Source of the DNA: Paecilomyces variotii | Taxonomy: Eukaryota | Assembly: GCA_004022145.1 (NCBI GenBank) | Contig: RCNU01000001.1 | Direction: 5' to 3' (one strand) | DNA length: 64,000 bases | Shown here: in pieces, positions 1-13,514 of the stretch | How the letters are laid out: every line of letters starts with the position of its first letter | Position numbering within the stretch: the first letter of the stretch is position 1 | The notes under the pieces: generated by a model | What the model saw: only the letters and a program-made list of their open reading frames with translations | Databases searched by the model: none | Told to the model about the DNA's origin: nothing | Program-made: the position numbers and the translations under genes

Positions 1-402
1 CGTAAACATTGGCTCCGGCGCCGGAAAAACATCCGGACCCCTGCCTGTTTGGACAAGTTGATTACATAATGCGGGACATAAAAGGCGATATGCAGCCAAT
101 CAGCCAATCATTCCAGAAACGCGGAGAAACTACGCCGAAAAGGGCAACAGCAGGAATTATGCCGTAACGGCTTCATTCGGAGATAGGGAAAGCTGAAGCC
201 TCACGCTGTCGACCAGCAGACAACCGACGTGATTCTTCAACACGAAACTCGAGATTCAACCGTCCTTCGTTCTCTTCTTATATTCCCGTATGGAGCTTTT
301 CCTGATCTAACCTCCTTTGGCTCCTTTTTGCCTGAGGCTAATTTATTCTTTCTCCCCGCTCTATCTTACGCCGTGACGTGGACCGCTGCCTAGACCGTCA
401 AG

Positions 403-1310
403 ATGTCTCTTACATTGAAGCTCAGTTCTCTCTTTATTCGCACGCTTTCGAAACCCATTGCCGTATGACTTAATCTCCCCCGATCAGCCTGATTGAGGTG
501 CATGCTGATGGTTCGAAGAACCGCCTCAAAGCACAGGCCCGTGAACATGAACGCTTCCGACGAATGTGCGTCTCCTTGGCGCAAGCTCTCCATCGGTTTG
601 ATATGCGTCTACGCTTAGGCGCTATTCGGGACACTACGGCAGCGGAGAGGAAAGCCGCGAAAGACGCAGCAGACGCTGCGGTAAAGAAACTCCAGCCCAC
701 AGCTCCTACGGTGAAGACGGAAGCAGAGGCTAAAGCGGAAGAAGCGGCCGCGGCGAAAGCAAAAGAGGCAGCGTTAGAAGCAGAAAAACAACCGCCAAAA
801 CCTCGAATTCGGCCATTGTCGGAATCTAAAGCTATCGACTCGGGTGCGAATTTCATCAGTGAAACTTTCCTTTTCCTTGTGGCGGGTGGCACAATCGTGT
901 TCGAGACATGGAGATCCAGACGGAAGGAAAGTACCCGGAGAGAGGACGTGGAGAGTCGTCTCAGCGACCTTGAGGAGTCCGAAAAGGCCGCCCGGAAAGC
1001 TCTGGTAGCATTGGAGCGGGAGATTCTCGAATTGAAGGGAAAGAACGGAACTGCCGCAAAGGACCACAAGCGAATCCTGCCTCGCGAGGTATGGGAAGTT
1101 GAAGAGAAGGAGGAGAAAGAGGAAGCACAGAATCAGAGCTGGCTGTCCTATGTCACATCATTCTTCTCGTTTGGTCAAGGTCAGCCGTCTGGCCCCGAAT
1201 CGGCTGACCAGGCAAGTGAGACGTCAAAATCCGTGGTTGACAAGCTCTCGCCGCACTCCCCAGTCCCAGTTGCTGCTCATAAGTCTCTGGAACAGCCTAA
1301 GAGCTCCTGA
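403..1310 (+). CDS. OPA3-like mitochondrial protein (2 exons: 403-462, 519-1310)
   Basis: The spliced N-terminus MSLTLKLSSLFIRTLSKPIA|NRLKAQAREHERFRR, then IRPLSESKAIDSGANFISETFLF and a coiled coil, is typical of OPA3. The intron is GT at 463 to AG at 518. Confidence 0.9.
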
Positions 1311-1621
1311 GCCACAATTGCGCGCTACTGTGTGTTTGCACGACCACCTTGTTTTTTGGATATCGAGCATAGACGTCTCTTTTCTTTATAGATACCCTTC
1401 TTACATGAGCACGAGGTCAGTATCGTGGAAAAATGGCGATTGGAGTGGTTTGGAAGTTTAGCATGTATTGGCATATAGAACGTAACTTGCAGTGTATATA
1501 CGATATGAGCGAGCCGCTCCCCTCTCTTCTGCCGTTTTTCCAGTCGTCAAGACGCGGTTGTGTATATATCATTTACTCTCAGCTCAAGGACATTTTGAGA
1601 CCAAGATATGGCAGAACAATC

Positions 1622-2481
1622 ATGGCAAAAGTCACTTCAGATTCCACTCTAACAGTATGCTTTTCCCTTCGGACTCGACCGGTGTGGCCAGTTCTCCATC
1701 CAGTGCTCATGTCCACCTCTGGGATTCGACTGCAAGGTATTCCATGCTTTCAATCGTCATATCTTTGGGATTGATGAATGATAAATGATAACCAAGCCAA
1801 AATAGAAGCCCATCTAGAGACCCATGACTTCAGTTTCAGCATTCCCAGTACGCAGGGAAACAGATCATTGCGCATCCTCCTCCTAACCCCCTCGTCCCTT
1901 TCACCCTCCGACAAAGCAGAGACCATCTACAGAATCGAGCGCCTTTCTTCTCCGCCAGGAGGACAAGACGTCCTTATTGCGTTCCTCTTGTCCGAGAATG
2001 CATTTACGTCTGCTAGTAGACGGTCCAACTTGGCACCGTTACTGGACCTTCAAGCTCTGTGCGTACACTTATATATATCTCTTTTATTTTATATTCTTAC
2101 AGGGAGAAATAAAGCTAAATAAATAACTTATCTATTAGACTCGTCTCAGAACTGCCGAGTCCGCATTCGATCCCGATAGTCCCCATCGCGGACTCCTCCA
2201 CGTTCCTCTCGTCGATGCAGGAATATATATCCGCTCTCACGAACCCCCCACGGCTTTCTGTGCCTCGTGAACCCGTAACGTCCCTACTGGCGCACATGAC
2301 GACGTCCGCTCCGTATCACTTGTTATCAGCAGAAGAGAGCAATATACTGACTGATCTGTTTCCGTCATGGCGCGAGTTGAGTCGCGCGGTGAGGTCGGAT
2401 GAGGGCCGGGAGTTGTTGAGAGAGTATTTGGAGCTGGAGACGGTGAGGAGAATCGTGGAGTTCTGGGAGGGTAAGACGTAG
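1622..2481 (+). CDS. Conserved hypothetical protein, possibly ERCC1/FAAP24/Spo16-like (start uncertain)
   Basis: ORFs 1778-2122 and 2215-2481 join across a GT..AG intron at about 2059-2138. A further intron at about 1737-1796 gives LQ|AKIEAHL. The C-terminus LSAEESNILTDLFPSWRELSRAV...IVEFW resembles a helix-hairpin-helix tail. Confidence 0.6.
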
Positions 2482-3373
2482 CAGCTGTAGGAGATGTGGA
2501 CTGAGATTAATGTATTTACAGAATAGATATTATACGATGTTGAAGGCGACTGCTGTAAATCGTAGTACCAGTATTCGTATAGTGTCTGAAGTGTCAGATC
2601 GGGTACGTACGCGTCAGTGTCGGTAGGCAGAACCATAACCATTATTCTGTAACTATCAGTCACTGTCTGCTGCCATCTGAGATGTTCTTCGCAGTACGAT
2701 AAATAAAACTACTACTGTAATAATTGACTGCTCCTCCATCCCACTGAGGGGTAGAAATGACGTCTGGGACGCTATTCTTGACCATCGCGTGCCCGCCGCG
2801 GACGTCAAGCCGCAGTGCCGACAGGAAAAAGAAGGGTCTCTCCAACTATTTCCAGACTAGATGCTCCAGGCCAGGAACGCGGAGGCGAAAATTGGGCGAA
2901 AACGGGCAGCTTCGGTACACTCGGATTGGCCCCCGCCACAAAAGGATTGCGCGTTGTCTCGACTGGCGTTTAGTCTGATCCTTAGCCCGAGTCCATGCGA
3001 TTCCCTTCATACCATACCATAATTAGCTAGATACCTACACTAACGGTGACCCTTCCATATTTCGTGGAGCCACACGTGTGGCGCAGTCTCTACGGCAAGC
3101 GCCGCATGCTGCATCATCAAGAGGAGCGTTCGCAGTTTCAACCATCTCGTGCCTCTCGCTCTCTTCTGCTGTCTTTCCCCTAGTGTACTGCTGCATTTTG
3201 GCTGGTTGGCAGCGTGGGCGGAATCCTTTCTTTGAAGCTGATTCTGCGCTGTCCTGAAGTTCTTGCTCGTTTCCCCCCTCCTGTTGCATGCTCTTCAGGA
3301 GATAACAACGTGGACTTGATAGATCGTCCGGATCTGGAGTGCTGGGCGCCTTCGTCCCGGGGTGTAATGAAAG

Positions 3374-6300
3374 ATGGTGAGTCCTGCGCCGTCCTCCTTC
3401 ACCCACCAGGTTCAAACGAATATTCTAACGGTCGCGCAATACAATAGGGTCAATCACGGCGTCCCGTCGGTGGTGAGAAGAAGAGTCGCGGCTTTGGACG
3501 CTCCAAGGCCACGGCCGATGTGGGTGATGGTCGACGAGGTGGGGGGAAGCCCCAGGTCAAGAAGGCCACCTTCGAGAGCACAAAGAAGAAGGAAATCGGT
3601 GTCTCGGACTTGACGCTGCTGAGCAAAGTCTCCAACGAGGCCATCAACGACAACTTGAAGCTCCGCTTCGATGCGGGGGAGATCTATGTAGGTCATCCGC
3701 ACAGCGAACAGCGGAGTTCCCTTGCGCACTGCCGGAGATGTGGGCTGATACAATCTACAATAGACATACATTGGCCATGTGCTGGTCTCTGTCAATCCGT
3801 TCCGGGATCGTAAGTGCGCCGCTGGATATTCTTTTGTCGCGTCGCATGCTGACCGTCCATAGTGGGCATTTACACGGACCAGGTTCTCGAGTCATACCGG
3901 GGCAAGAACCGTCTCGAGGTGCCGCCCCATGTGTTCGCCGTGGCCGAGTCGTCCTATTACAACATGAAGGCATACAAGGATAACCAGTGTGTGATCATAT
4001 CTGGCGAGTCGGGTGCCGGAAAGACGGAAGCGGCCAAGCGGCTGATGCAGTATATCGCGAGTGTGTCGGGTGGCACTGATTCCTCCATCCAGCAGACAAA
4101 GGACATGGTGCTGGCGACCAACCCTTTGCTGGAGTCTTTCGGAAACGCAAAGACGTTGCGAAACAACAACTCCTCCCGTTTCGGAAAGTACTTGGAGCTG
4201 GAATTCAACTCCAACGGTGAGCCCGTTGGAGCCAACATCACTAACTATCTGCTGGAAAAGTCGAGAGTCGTGGGCCAGATCACGAATGAGCGAAACTTCC
4301 ACATCTTCTACCAGTTCACAAAGGCTGCGCCGCAAGAATATCGCGGTGAGTATCATCCGTTCTATGTCGAGGAGTTGTCGTTACTAATATTGAACCTAGA
4401 TCTCTTTGGTATACAGCAGCCTCAGTCCTACGTCTACACGAGTCGTTCCAAATGTTTCGACGTCGCTGGCATTGATGACGCATCAGATTTCCAGGAGACG
4501 CTGGAAGCGATGAGAATCATTGGTATGACGAAGGAAGAGCAGGACAACGTCTTCCGGATGTTGGCCGCTATCCTGTGGATAGGAAACATTCAGTTTGTCG
4601 AGGATGACTCTTCTAATGCATCCATTACCGATCAGTCCGTGGTAGAATTTGTGGCCTACCTGTTGGAAGTTGATGCCGCGCAGGTGAACAAGGCACTCAC
4701 TCTGCGGATTATGGAAACTGCTCGCGGAGGTAGACGGGGTTCGGTGTACGAAGTGCCTCTGAACACGGTGCAGGCGCTGGCTGTCCGGGATGCTCTGGCC
4801 AAGGCGATCTACTTCAACCTCTTCGACTGGATTGTCGAGCGAGTCAACAACTCTTTGACTGCGCGAGGACAGGTGGCCAACTCCATCGGTATCCTCGATA
4901 TCTACGGTTTCGAGATCTTCGAAAAGAACTCGTTCGAGCAGCTGTGCATCAACTATGTCAACGAGAAGCTCCAGCAGATTTTCATCCAGCTGACTCTGAA
5001 GACGGAACAGGAGGAGTATGAGCGCGAACAGATCAAATGGACCCCTATCAAGTACTTCGATAATAAGGTCGTCTGCTCGCTCATCGAGGACAAGCGTCCT
5101 CCTGGCGTGTTCGCCGCGCTGAACGACGCTTGTGCCACTGCTCACGCAGACTCGGGCGCTGCCGACCAGACCTTTGTGGGCAGGCTGAACTTCCTCAGTT
5201 CGAACCCTAACTTCGAGAGCCGACAGGGCCAGTTCATCATCAAGCACTATGCTGGAGACGTCAGCTACTCTGTCGAGGGCATGACGGACAAGAATAAGGA
5301 CCAGCTACTGAAGGATCTTCTCAACCTTGCTGGCTCCAGTTCAAACAGTTTTGTCCACACGCTGTTCCCCAACCAGGTCAACCAGGATGACAAGAGGCGT
5401 CCGCCCACTGCTGGTGATAAGATCAAGGTCTCCGCCAATGATTTGGTGGCCACACTCATGAAGGCGCAGCCGTCGTACATCCGTACGATCAAACCTAATG
5501 ACAACAAGTCCCCGAAGGAGTACAATTCTGGAAACGTTCTGCACCAGATCAAGTACCTGGGTCTGCAGGAGAACGTCCGCATCCGTCGTGCTGGTTTCGC
5601 CTACCGTCAAACATTTGACAAGTTCGTCGAGCGTTTCTACCTCCTTTCTCCTAAGACATCCTATGCAGGTGACTACACCTGGACCGGTGATGCTGAGTCT
5701 GGTGCGCGCCAGATCTTGAAGGACACGGGGATCCCAGCTGAAGAATACCAGATGGGTGTCACCAAGGCCTTCATTAAGACCCCCGAGACATTGTTCGCAT
5801 TGGAACATATGCGAGATCGTTATTGGCATAACATGGCTATCAGGATCCAGCGTGCCTGGAGAAACTATCTGCGGTACCGCACAGAGTGTGCCATCCGTAT
5901 CCAACGTTTCTGGCGTCGTACTACTGGTGGCCTTGAGTTTATCAAGCTCCGTGATCAAGGCCATCGGGTTCTACAAAACCGCAAGGAGCGTCGGAGAATG
6001 AGTCTTTTGGGATCTCGTAGATTCTTGGGAGACTACATCGGCATGGCTAACAAGGGCGGTCCTGGTGAGATGCTGCGCAACGGAGCCGGAATCAGCAGTA
6101 AGTTTCTTTTGCCTTCGCGTGTATTAGCGCACGATCTGACGGCTTCCAGGTTCCGAGGATATCATTTTCTCCTGCCGTTGTGAGATCCTCATTTCCAAAT
6201 TTGGTCGATCGAGTAAACCTGCGCCACGCGTCCTCGTTTTGGTAAGCCCCTTCCACCGTTGAAATCCCCCTTCGATGCCTTATTCACTGACAATTATATC

Positions 6301-7615
6301 AGACCAACAGAAATGTCTACATTATCGCCCAGAATATAGCGAACAACCAACTAGTTATCTCCGCGGAGCGGACCATTCCAGTTGGTGCTATCAAATCTGT
6401 TAACACCTCTAAGTTGAAGGATGACTGGTTCTCGATTGTAGTCGGATCTGCCCAGGAGCCTGATCCCCTTATTAGCTGCGTCTTCAAGACAGAATTTTTC
6501 ACGCATCTGACCAATGTGTTGCGCGGTCAACTGACTCTGAAGATCGGAGACTCGTAAGTGGTCCTTGACCGCGTGAAGTACTCCTTTACTGACAATGTCT
6601 CTAGCATTGAATACAGCAAGAAGCCAGGAAAGATGGCTGTTGTCAAGGTCGTGAAGGACCCTGCTGTCCCCCGCGACGACACTTACAAAAGTTCCACCAT
6701 CCACACGGGACCTGGTGAACCGGCGAACTCGGTCTCCAAACCTACCCCACGTGGGAAACAAGTTGGAGCCAGACCGGTCACGAAGGGCAAGCTTCTCCGT
6801 CCCGGTGGTCCTGGCGGTGGTCCTTCAAAGCTGAGCGGACGGCCAGCTGCTGCGGCTAAACCTACGCCGACTCCTCGACCTCTCCCTGGCGGTTCTCAGC
6901 CTGCTGCACAGCCTAGAATCGTACCGCAACCTGCTGCTGCAGCAGCTGCAGCAGCGTCTCATACTCGTAACGTGTCTACAGCTTCTACTAGGTCAGTGAG
7001 GGCACCACCGCCTCCGCCTCCTGCTGCGCCACCGGCAGCTGCCAAACCAACTGCGAAGGTGCTTTACGATTTCGCCAGTGATCGGTCCAATGAGCTGTCC
7101 GTGCGTGCGGGTGATATAATTGAGGTCTTGTCCAAGGAAGCTAATGGTAAGTCTGCCGTGCTTGTGCAATATGCCAACATTTTGGGGTCGTTGCTAACTT
7201 CGGCTCTTCAGGCTGGTGGCTGTGTATGAACCCAACGACCGGCGTCCAGGGATGGGCTCCACAAGCCTACTTGGAAGAACAAGCTGCACCTGCTCCTGCT
7301 CCCCGACCCGGTCCTCCGCCACCGCCTGCTGCTCCCAAGGCTACCAACGGCGTGGCAGCCACGATTGCTGCTGCGAAGGCCAAGCCCACGCCCCCAGCTC
7401 CTCCAGCCAAGAGACCGACTGCACGTAAACCTGCACCTCCTCCGGCGCCGCGGGATAGCGCTGTCAGTATGAACTCTCATGACTCGTCTGGTGGCAGCGG
7501 CCGTGGAACGCCAAACAGCGCATCGAATGCCAGCCTGGCGGGCGGCCTTGCAGAGGCCTTGCGAGCACGCCAGAGCGCGATGCAGGGGGACCGGGACGAT
7601 GATGACGACTGGTGA
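3374..7615 (+). CDS. myoA: Class I myosin (motor, IQ, TH1, Pro-rich, SH3, acidic tail), multi-exon
   Basis: P-loop [24 protein letters not shown] motifs (IQRAWR, IQRFWR), SH3 (AKVLYDF...GWAPQAYL) and C-terminal DDDDW. The first exon is only ATG (3374-3376), giving [13 protein letters not shown]. Confidence 0.97.
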
Positions 7616-9016
7616 ACTACCTTTTTATCTGCTACTCAGGCCACAGTTGAGAAGTAAAAACCACTTCCTCTTTTCAGCCTGGATCCTTCTTGCATGATTC
7701 TCGTTTCTGGAGTACCCTCTGCAAATACCAGTTTTCTGTTGCACGCACCTTGCGTTGTCAAGAGAAGGCAGCCTCCTAGGGAGGGGCAATTTCTTGATCA
7801 CGACATGGACATAGCGCTCGCGTTATGTATATTTGCTGTTTCTTTTTTGTAAAGTCTTATCTTTCTCTTGCTCTTTGCGGAAAAGGTGCGTGTTTCCAGA
7901 GCATTTCCGTACATACCCATGTGTCCGGCAGAGAGCAATTGTTACGCTTAAGATGTTGTGGGCGATTACTTTGCGACAAAATCTTTCTCTGGCAATAGGA
8001 GGGCCACAAGATCAGAATGGATATGGTAATGAAGACACGCGCTGGATATATGGGCATTGGGGAGGCGCTGGCCATTCCTTCTCATCCGCGAGAGATACCT
8101 TGATTTTGAGCATTCACGTCGTGTAAGTAGATAGATAGACGAAAGCCGCTGTTCTTTTTTTTTGCCTTCTAGTCAGTTCTCCCCATCGGCTGCGACTATA
8201 ACTACATGAGCACAGAGGTCTGGTGCAAAATGGATGTACATGAGAGTTTAAGCGAACCAAGGCAACAAGATTAAGTCTACATCCAAAATTGTCCCGAACT
8301 CCGAGTGGCTGCTTGGGTCGGAGATGCTGTTGGCCCGACTGCTACGGCCGTCGTGATGCCGTTCGTATTAACTACATACGATTCCGGAAGTAACTGAGAA
8401 AAACACGATCTTAGGTATCTGACCCGCCAATCTCCAGACCAGCCCAGCAGCATATCCAGAGTCTAATCGAAGGCAGCAGAATATCACGCAGCATATTCCA
8501 GACCACATGGCCACTCTTTCTGGAAATTCTTTATCTCAGCTTGCGGATTATTATTTCACTTATGGCTCTAGCTTTCGGAGCCAAGTGGACCCAAACCCGC
8601 CCCCGTAGAAACGGAGCAGGAGTCGGGCCATAAATTCTTCCATGGCAATCGTTATGGGTTAGAATGATACGAGAAATGAATGCTATTGTCAATTCTGATT
8701 TCTGTTGTCCCAATAGCGTGTGTTTATCAGGATTTTCCAGAACGGAGGAGTCGTCTGTTCGATCTGGGGCATATATATTCAGGGGAAGCAGCGCAGCGCC
8801 GATCAGGAGTATGGCAGGGTATCTTTAGTCCGCTGAATTCTGGGAACTAAGTACGCAAGCTGTTGTTGAGCCTGATTCGCTAAGCGATATATTGCATGTG
8901 CAATTGCGCGCTCAACATATTGGCCTTTTTGCTCGCCAACCACTCTATTGCATGGATAGACGCGGTGTCAACATACGCAACAAATACATACATCTCACAA
9001 AAGACGCCTGCACAAC

Positions 9017-10927
9017 ATGACTGTGGAAACGAACGTTCAGACAGAGGATCCCTCAAGGGACCAAGTCGCCAGACATTCTATCGCTGATGGTTCTACTACG
9101 CCTGTTCCCTCTTCCACTGCAGGGACGGTGCAAGATGACTCTGATAGCGAGGACTTCAAGCTCTCGAGGCGTGCTATTATGATATTCTTCACTCTTTCTG
9201 TGCTCACTCTGATGGCGGCTCTGGATGGGACTTCGATTTCTGTTGCTCTACCTGTATGGTTGCCTTAATATGGGTTTCATATCCGCAAGGATTGCTGACA
9301 GAAAGTATAGATTATTGCGGAGCGTCTGCATGGGACAGCTATTGAGGCCTTTTGGGCTGGCACTTCTTTTCTACTCTGTTCTACAGGTGTGTTGCGGTAT
9401 ATCCCCTGTCTTCGTGGAGGCTTTTATCTGACATGAAACTGCCAGTCTTCCAACCGAGCTTCGCTTCCTTCTCGAATATCTTTGGTCGGAAGCCACTAAT
9501 CCTAACGTCTATTCTATTTTTCTTCGTTGGAGCCGTTATTGCAGGAGTCGCGAAGAATTTCGTCTATATGCTCGTCGGTCGATCTCTACAGGGTGTCGGT
9601 GGTGGCGGTATCATCGCCCTCAGTGAGATTATCGTGACTGATATTGTCCCACTGCGACTCAGGGGAAATTATTTTGGCATCCTCAGTGCCATGTGGAGTA
9701 TTGGCTCTGTCACAGGTCCTATCCTCGGCGGTGGATTCTCAGAGAATGTCACTTGGGTAGGCATTTCCCTCTGAACTCCATACATGACTGCTTGATACTT
9801 ACTAGAACTAACTGGGTTTTCTGTAGCGGTGGATCTTCTACATCAATTTCCCTTTTATCGGTATTGGAGTTGTTCTTGTTCTTCTGTTCCTGAAACTCAA
9901 CTTCGTCCCAAGCTCTCTTGCTGAGAAGCTCCGTCGCGTCGACTATACCGGAACAGTGCTCTTCATCGGTAGCACCGCTTCGTTCCTGATCCCCTTGTCC
10001 TGGGGCGGCGTCATGTACGACTGGGACTCCTGGCGCACCCTCGTTCCACTCATAATCGGTGCAGTGGGATTGATTGCATTCGCTGCCTACGAATATTACA
10101 TTGCTTCTGACCCGATCATCCCACCGACAATCTTCCAGAATCGCACCGCAGTCGTCTCCTTCGTCGGCGCAGTCCTCCAGGGCCTCGTCCTCTGGTGTGC
10201 CCTCTACTACATGCCACTCTACTACGAGGCCGTGAAAGAATACAGTCCCATCGTATCTGGAATTGCCCTCTTCCCCGAAACATTCACCGTCGCCCCCAGC
10301 GCCATGATCACCGGTATTCTCATAACCTGGAGCGGCCGATACCGCTGGGCGATCTGGCTCGGCTGGGCCATCGCGACTCTCGGCATGGGTATCCTCTGCA
10401 TCATCGACTTCAACACCAGTATCCCGGGCTGGATCTTCCTGAACCTTGTCCCGGGACTCGGACTCGGTATCCTCTTCCCCTCCATCGGCTTCGCCGTGCA
10501 GGCTTCCGCAACGCCTAAAAACCTTTCTATCGCCGTCGCAATGTTCAGTTTCTTCCGCGCCTTCGGTCAAGCAATTGGGGTCGCTATCGGCGGCGTTGTC
10601 TTCCAGAATCGCATGCATGATAACCTCCTCGGATACCCGGCCTTGGCTCCCTTGGCTGATGCTTATAGCAAAGACGCTGCGGGTTTGGTCCAGGTTATTA
10701 AAAACATGCCTGATGGACCGAATAAGTCAGATCTGAAACAGGCTTATACGGATAGTTTACGGATAGTCTGGGCTGTCTCTTGTGCTATATGTGGCGTGGC
10801 TGGGTTGTTCAGTCTGTTGACTCAGAAGTATGATCTGAACAGAGCCCTGGAGACGAGTCAGGGGCTGAGGGCTGAGAAGTCCAGTGGAGGTTCGGAGGAG
10901 GAGGGAAATGATGAAGTCAAGATATGA
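9017..10927 (+). CDS. MFS drug:H+ antiporter (DHA2, 14-TMS type), multi-exon
   Basis: LMAALDGTSISVALP, SNIFGRKP (motif A), GRSLQGVGGGG, GPILGG and many hydrophobic helices across the spliced ORFs 9017, 9352 and 9956. Confidence 0.9.
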
Positions 10928-11383
10928 GTGAAGCTGCAGAATGCGGCCCCGGAGCCTTTTCCTTTCTGTTATATATATTTTCTGATGTCGTTTAATGAGT
11001 CTCCTCTCTGATGGTTTACCTTGATGTCACGGCCGCTTTCTATTGTTATGGAGCACCCCCTCCCTTCTTCTCTTTCTTTTTTTTTTGGGAAAGGGGAATC
11101 CTGTTCCCTGAGCGTGCATTTGTCATATTCATCTCATGGATAAAGTGTTATATAGACTTTAGAGGCTATAATACCCGGTCTACGTACGATAATAATAAAT
11201 ACTACTAATAATAATGACAATCCGTATCTTGAAAAGGAGATCCATTCCTTTTCACAGATAATAATGTTCAGACCCGAGAAACAAAACACATCATGCTCGG
11301 AATAAGTAATCAACAATATCAAGACGAAGAAGTAATAACAGAAACACATCGATAACTCCGCCTCCTACCACTGCTCTACTAGA

Positions 11384-13514
11384 TTATTTCTGCATCTTCT
11401 CTCCTTCCTCCTCTTCCTTCTTCTTTTTCTCCGCAGCCCTCTTCGCTTTCTCCTCCTCCTTCTTCTTCCTCATAGCCTCCCTCTCCTCCTCTGCCCAAAC
11501 CGCCAACCTATCAGGAAACCTCAAACACCACCACAATACCTCCCTCGTAGCAAACACATCTTCCAAACAATCATGGCCTGTCTTCTTATTCTGAATCTCC
11601 CGTTCCAGAAACGCACCACATAGCGTCTTCAGGCCCCATCGTCTATTACATTCCTTATCGACCGCCATCTGCGTGATAATCGCGGTGTCAATCACGTTGA
11701 AATGAACAACGCGCAACACATCCAGATCATGATGTAAAGATTGGCCGATCAAGATGGTCGACTCGTCAATGAACTTGAATAGTTCGGCGCGGGCAGCGGC
11801 CCAGCCGTTCAACGCACGGCGTCGCAGGGCCATGGTGGAGAGTAATGAGGGAGTCACGCCGCTGTATTGCGTGCGGTAATCGGTTATTTTGCCCGTGGGC
11901 ATCACGTACGTGTCGATGAGGACCGAGCCCGTGAGGAAATCGACGGCACATAGACGGGCGACTTCGTTGGTGGTGTGGTTGACTTCGACCATTTCGCAGT
12001 CTAGCACTACTGCGGGGCATGCTGGAGTGAGATGCCTTGCGGACGAGGGAGGTGCAGGGGCGTAGTCGTTGAATTTGAAGAGGATGCGGTCTTCTGGAGG
12101 TAAGTATGAGTGAGATGGGAGGATGGTGCAGCCCCCCTCGCGGGTCTTGCAACAGGAATAGGGGCGTTGTTTGGGGTAGGGTTTGTTCTTTTCCTTCTGG
12201 ATTGTGTATTCATGTGAGTAATTGGTAACTGTTTTATCTGGTAACTATAGTGGGAAAAGAGGAGTAGGATGGACATACCTCGTAGTCTCGTTTCGCAGGA
12301 TGGAATTTACACTTCTCGAAGTTACGCTTTTCCATTATTTTGCGGCGCCCTTTGGATAAATAAATATAGTCAGCGAATTAGAAAAAACCAGAGTTATATC
12401 CAGCGTATTAAACGAAGATTGGGGTACATACCGCTACAGTTTTCACACCTCCAATAACCTTCCATTTCCTCTGGCGTCGACTCACGAAGAATATATCCGT
12501 CCTTCTCGAGCTGGTCGACGGAATGGCACTTCCCCCTCATGAGTTCTAGAACAGTTTCCCACATGTCTTTGGGGATATCGGACCATCCTCCTTGAATCCC
12601 ATCATTGGCGTTAATCGACAATGGCTGAGTGTCTGTCTGCTGGTCCGAGTCGACTACCACTGCCGCTGTCGTACCAATAGATTCTGCTGCACGTTCGAGA
12701 AAAGCGAACGTATCGGAGAATGTCGGCCCATGAAACGTTGGTGGTTGAGAAATTGGTGCTGGAAAAGTCACCACTTGAGATCTCTGTCTTTCTAGATTGG
12801 CCTTATGCTCCTTTGACGTCTCGATGTGCATCCGCAGTCCGTTCTCCTTAGAAAAATCCCTCTTGCATATATCGCAGTGTAACTCGGCCTTGTTTATGGC
12901 TTTCTTCGTAGAAACAACAGCTCGTTTACCGCGCTGCGACGTAGGCTCATTCACTGCACCAGCCTTGGCTGGTCTGTTTCCATCACTAATATCCATGGTC
13001 ATAATACCTGCAGCAGTAGCAGCTATAGAGCTCTGTGAGGTATCCGTCTTCTGCTGTTGTGAAAGATGCCCGGGTACGTTCCGCATATGCATCTTCAACG
13101 CGGCCTTATTGCCAAATCGACGCTTGCAGATACGACAAATGGCACTTTTCTCAGTCTTCCGCTTTGTTTGGTCTGCTACCAGTCCTTCTTGCTGTGGTGA
13201 CGACGAGTCTGCGGTGACAGTAGGAATCTGGACCTGACCCGTAGTCGAAGTGGCACTTCCAGCTTGTGAAGCTATAGGTGTCCTTTGAGAGATGTTCTTT
13301 TTGGATCTTCTGTTTTTCTTGGTGGAGACCCTGGTTATGATTATCAGATTTATGCTTTTTTTCCCCCTTAGAGCTTCCATATACTGTGAGATCAGTCTGA
13401 AGAGACATACCCTACGTTTGAAATGGGAGGTCGTCCTGATCCAGCCCGTTCACGCTGCACTGGACTCTGGATGCCATTCGAGGTAGACTCAGATGCGACG
13501 GCAACCACTGACAT
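11384..13514 (-). CDS. DEDDh RNA exonuclease (Rex3/REXO1-like) with two N-terminal C2H2 zinc fingers, multi-exon
   Basis: ExoI LDCEMV, ExoII GQSLHHDL and ExoIII HDCLED. The upstream Cys/His segment reads KCKFHP...YSCC...GC...H. The fingers are CRICKRRF..LKMHMRNVPGH and CDICKRDF..LRMHIETSKEH. The start at 13514 is inferred from a GT donor at about 13410. Confidence 0.8.
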
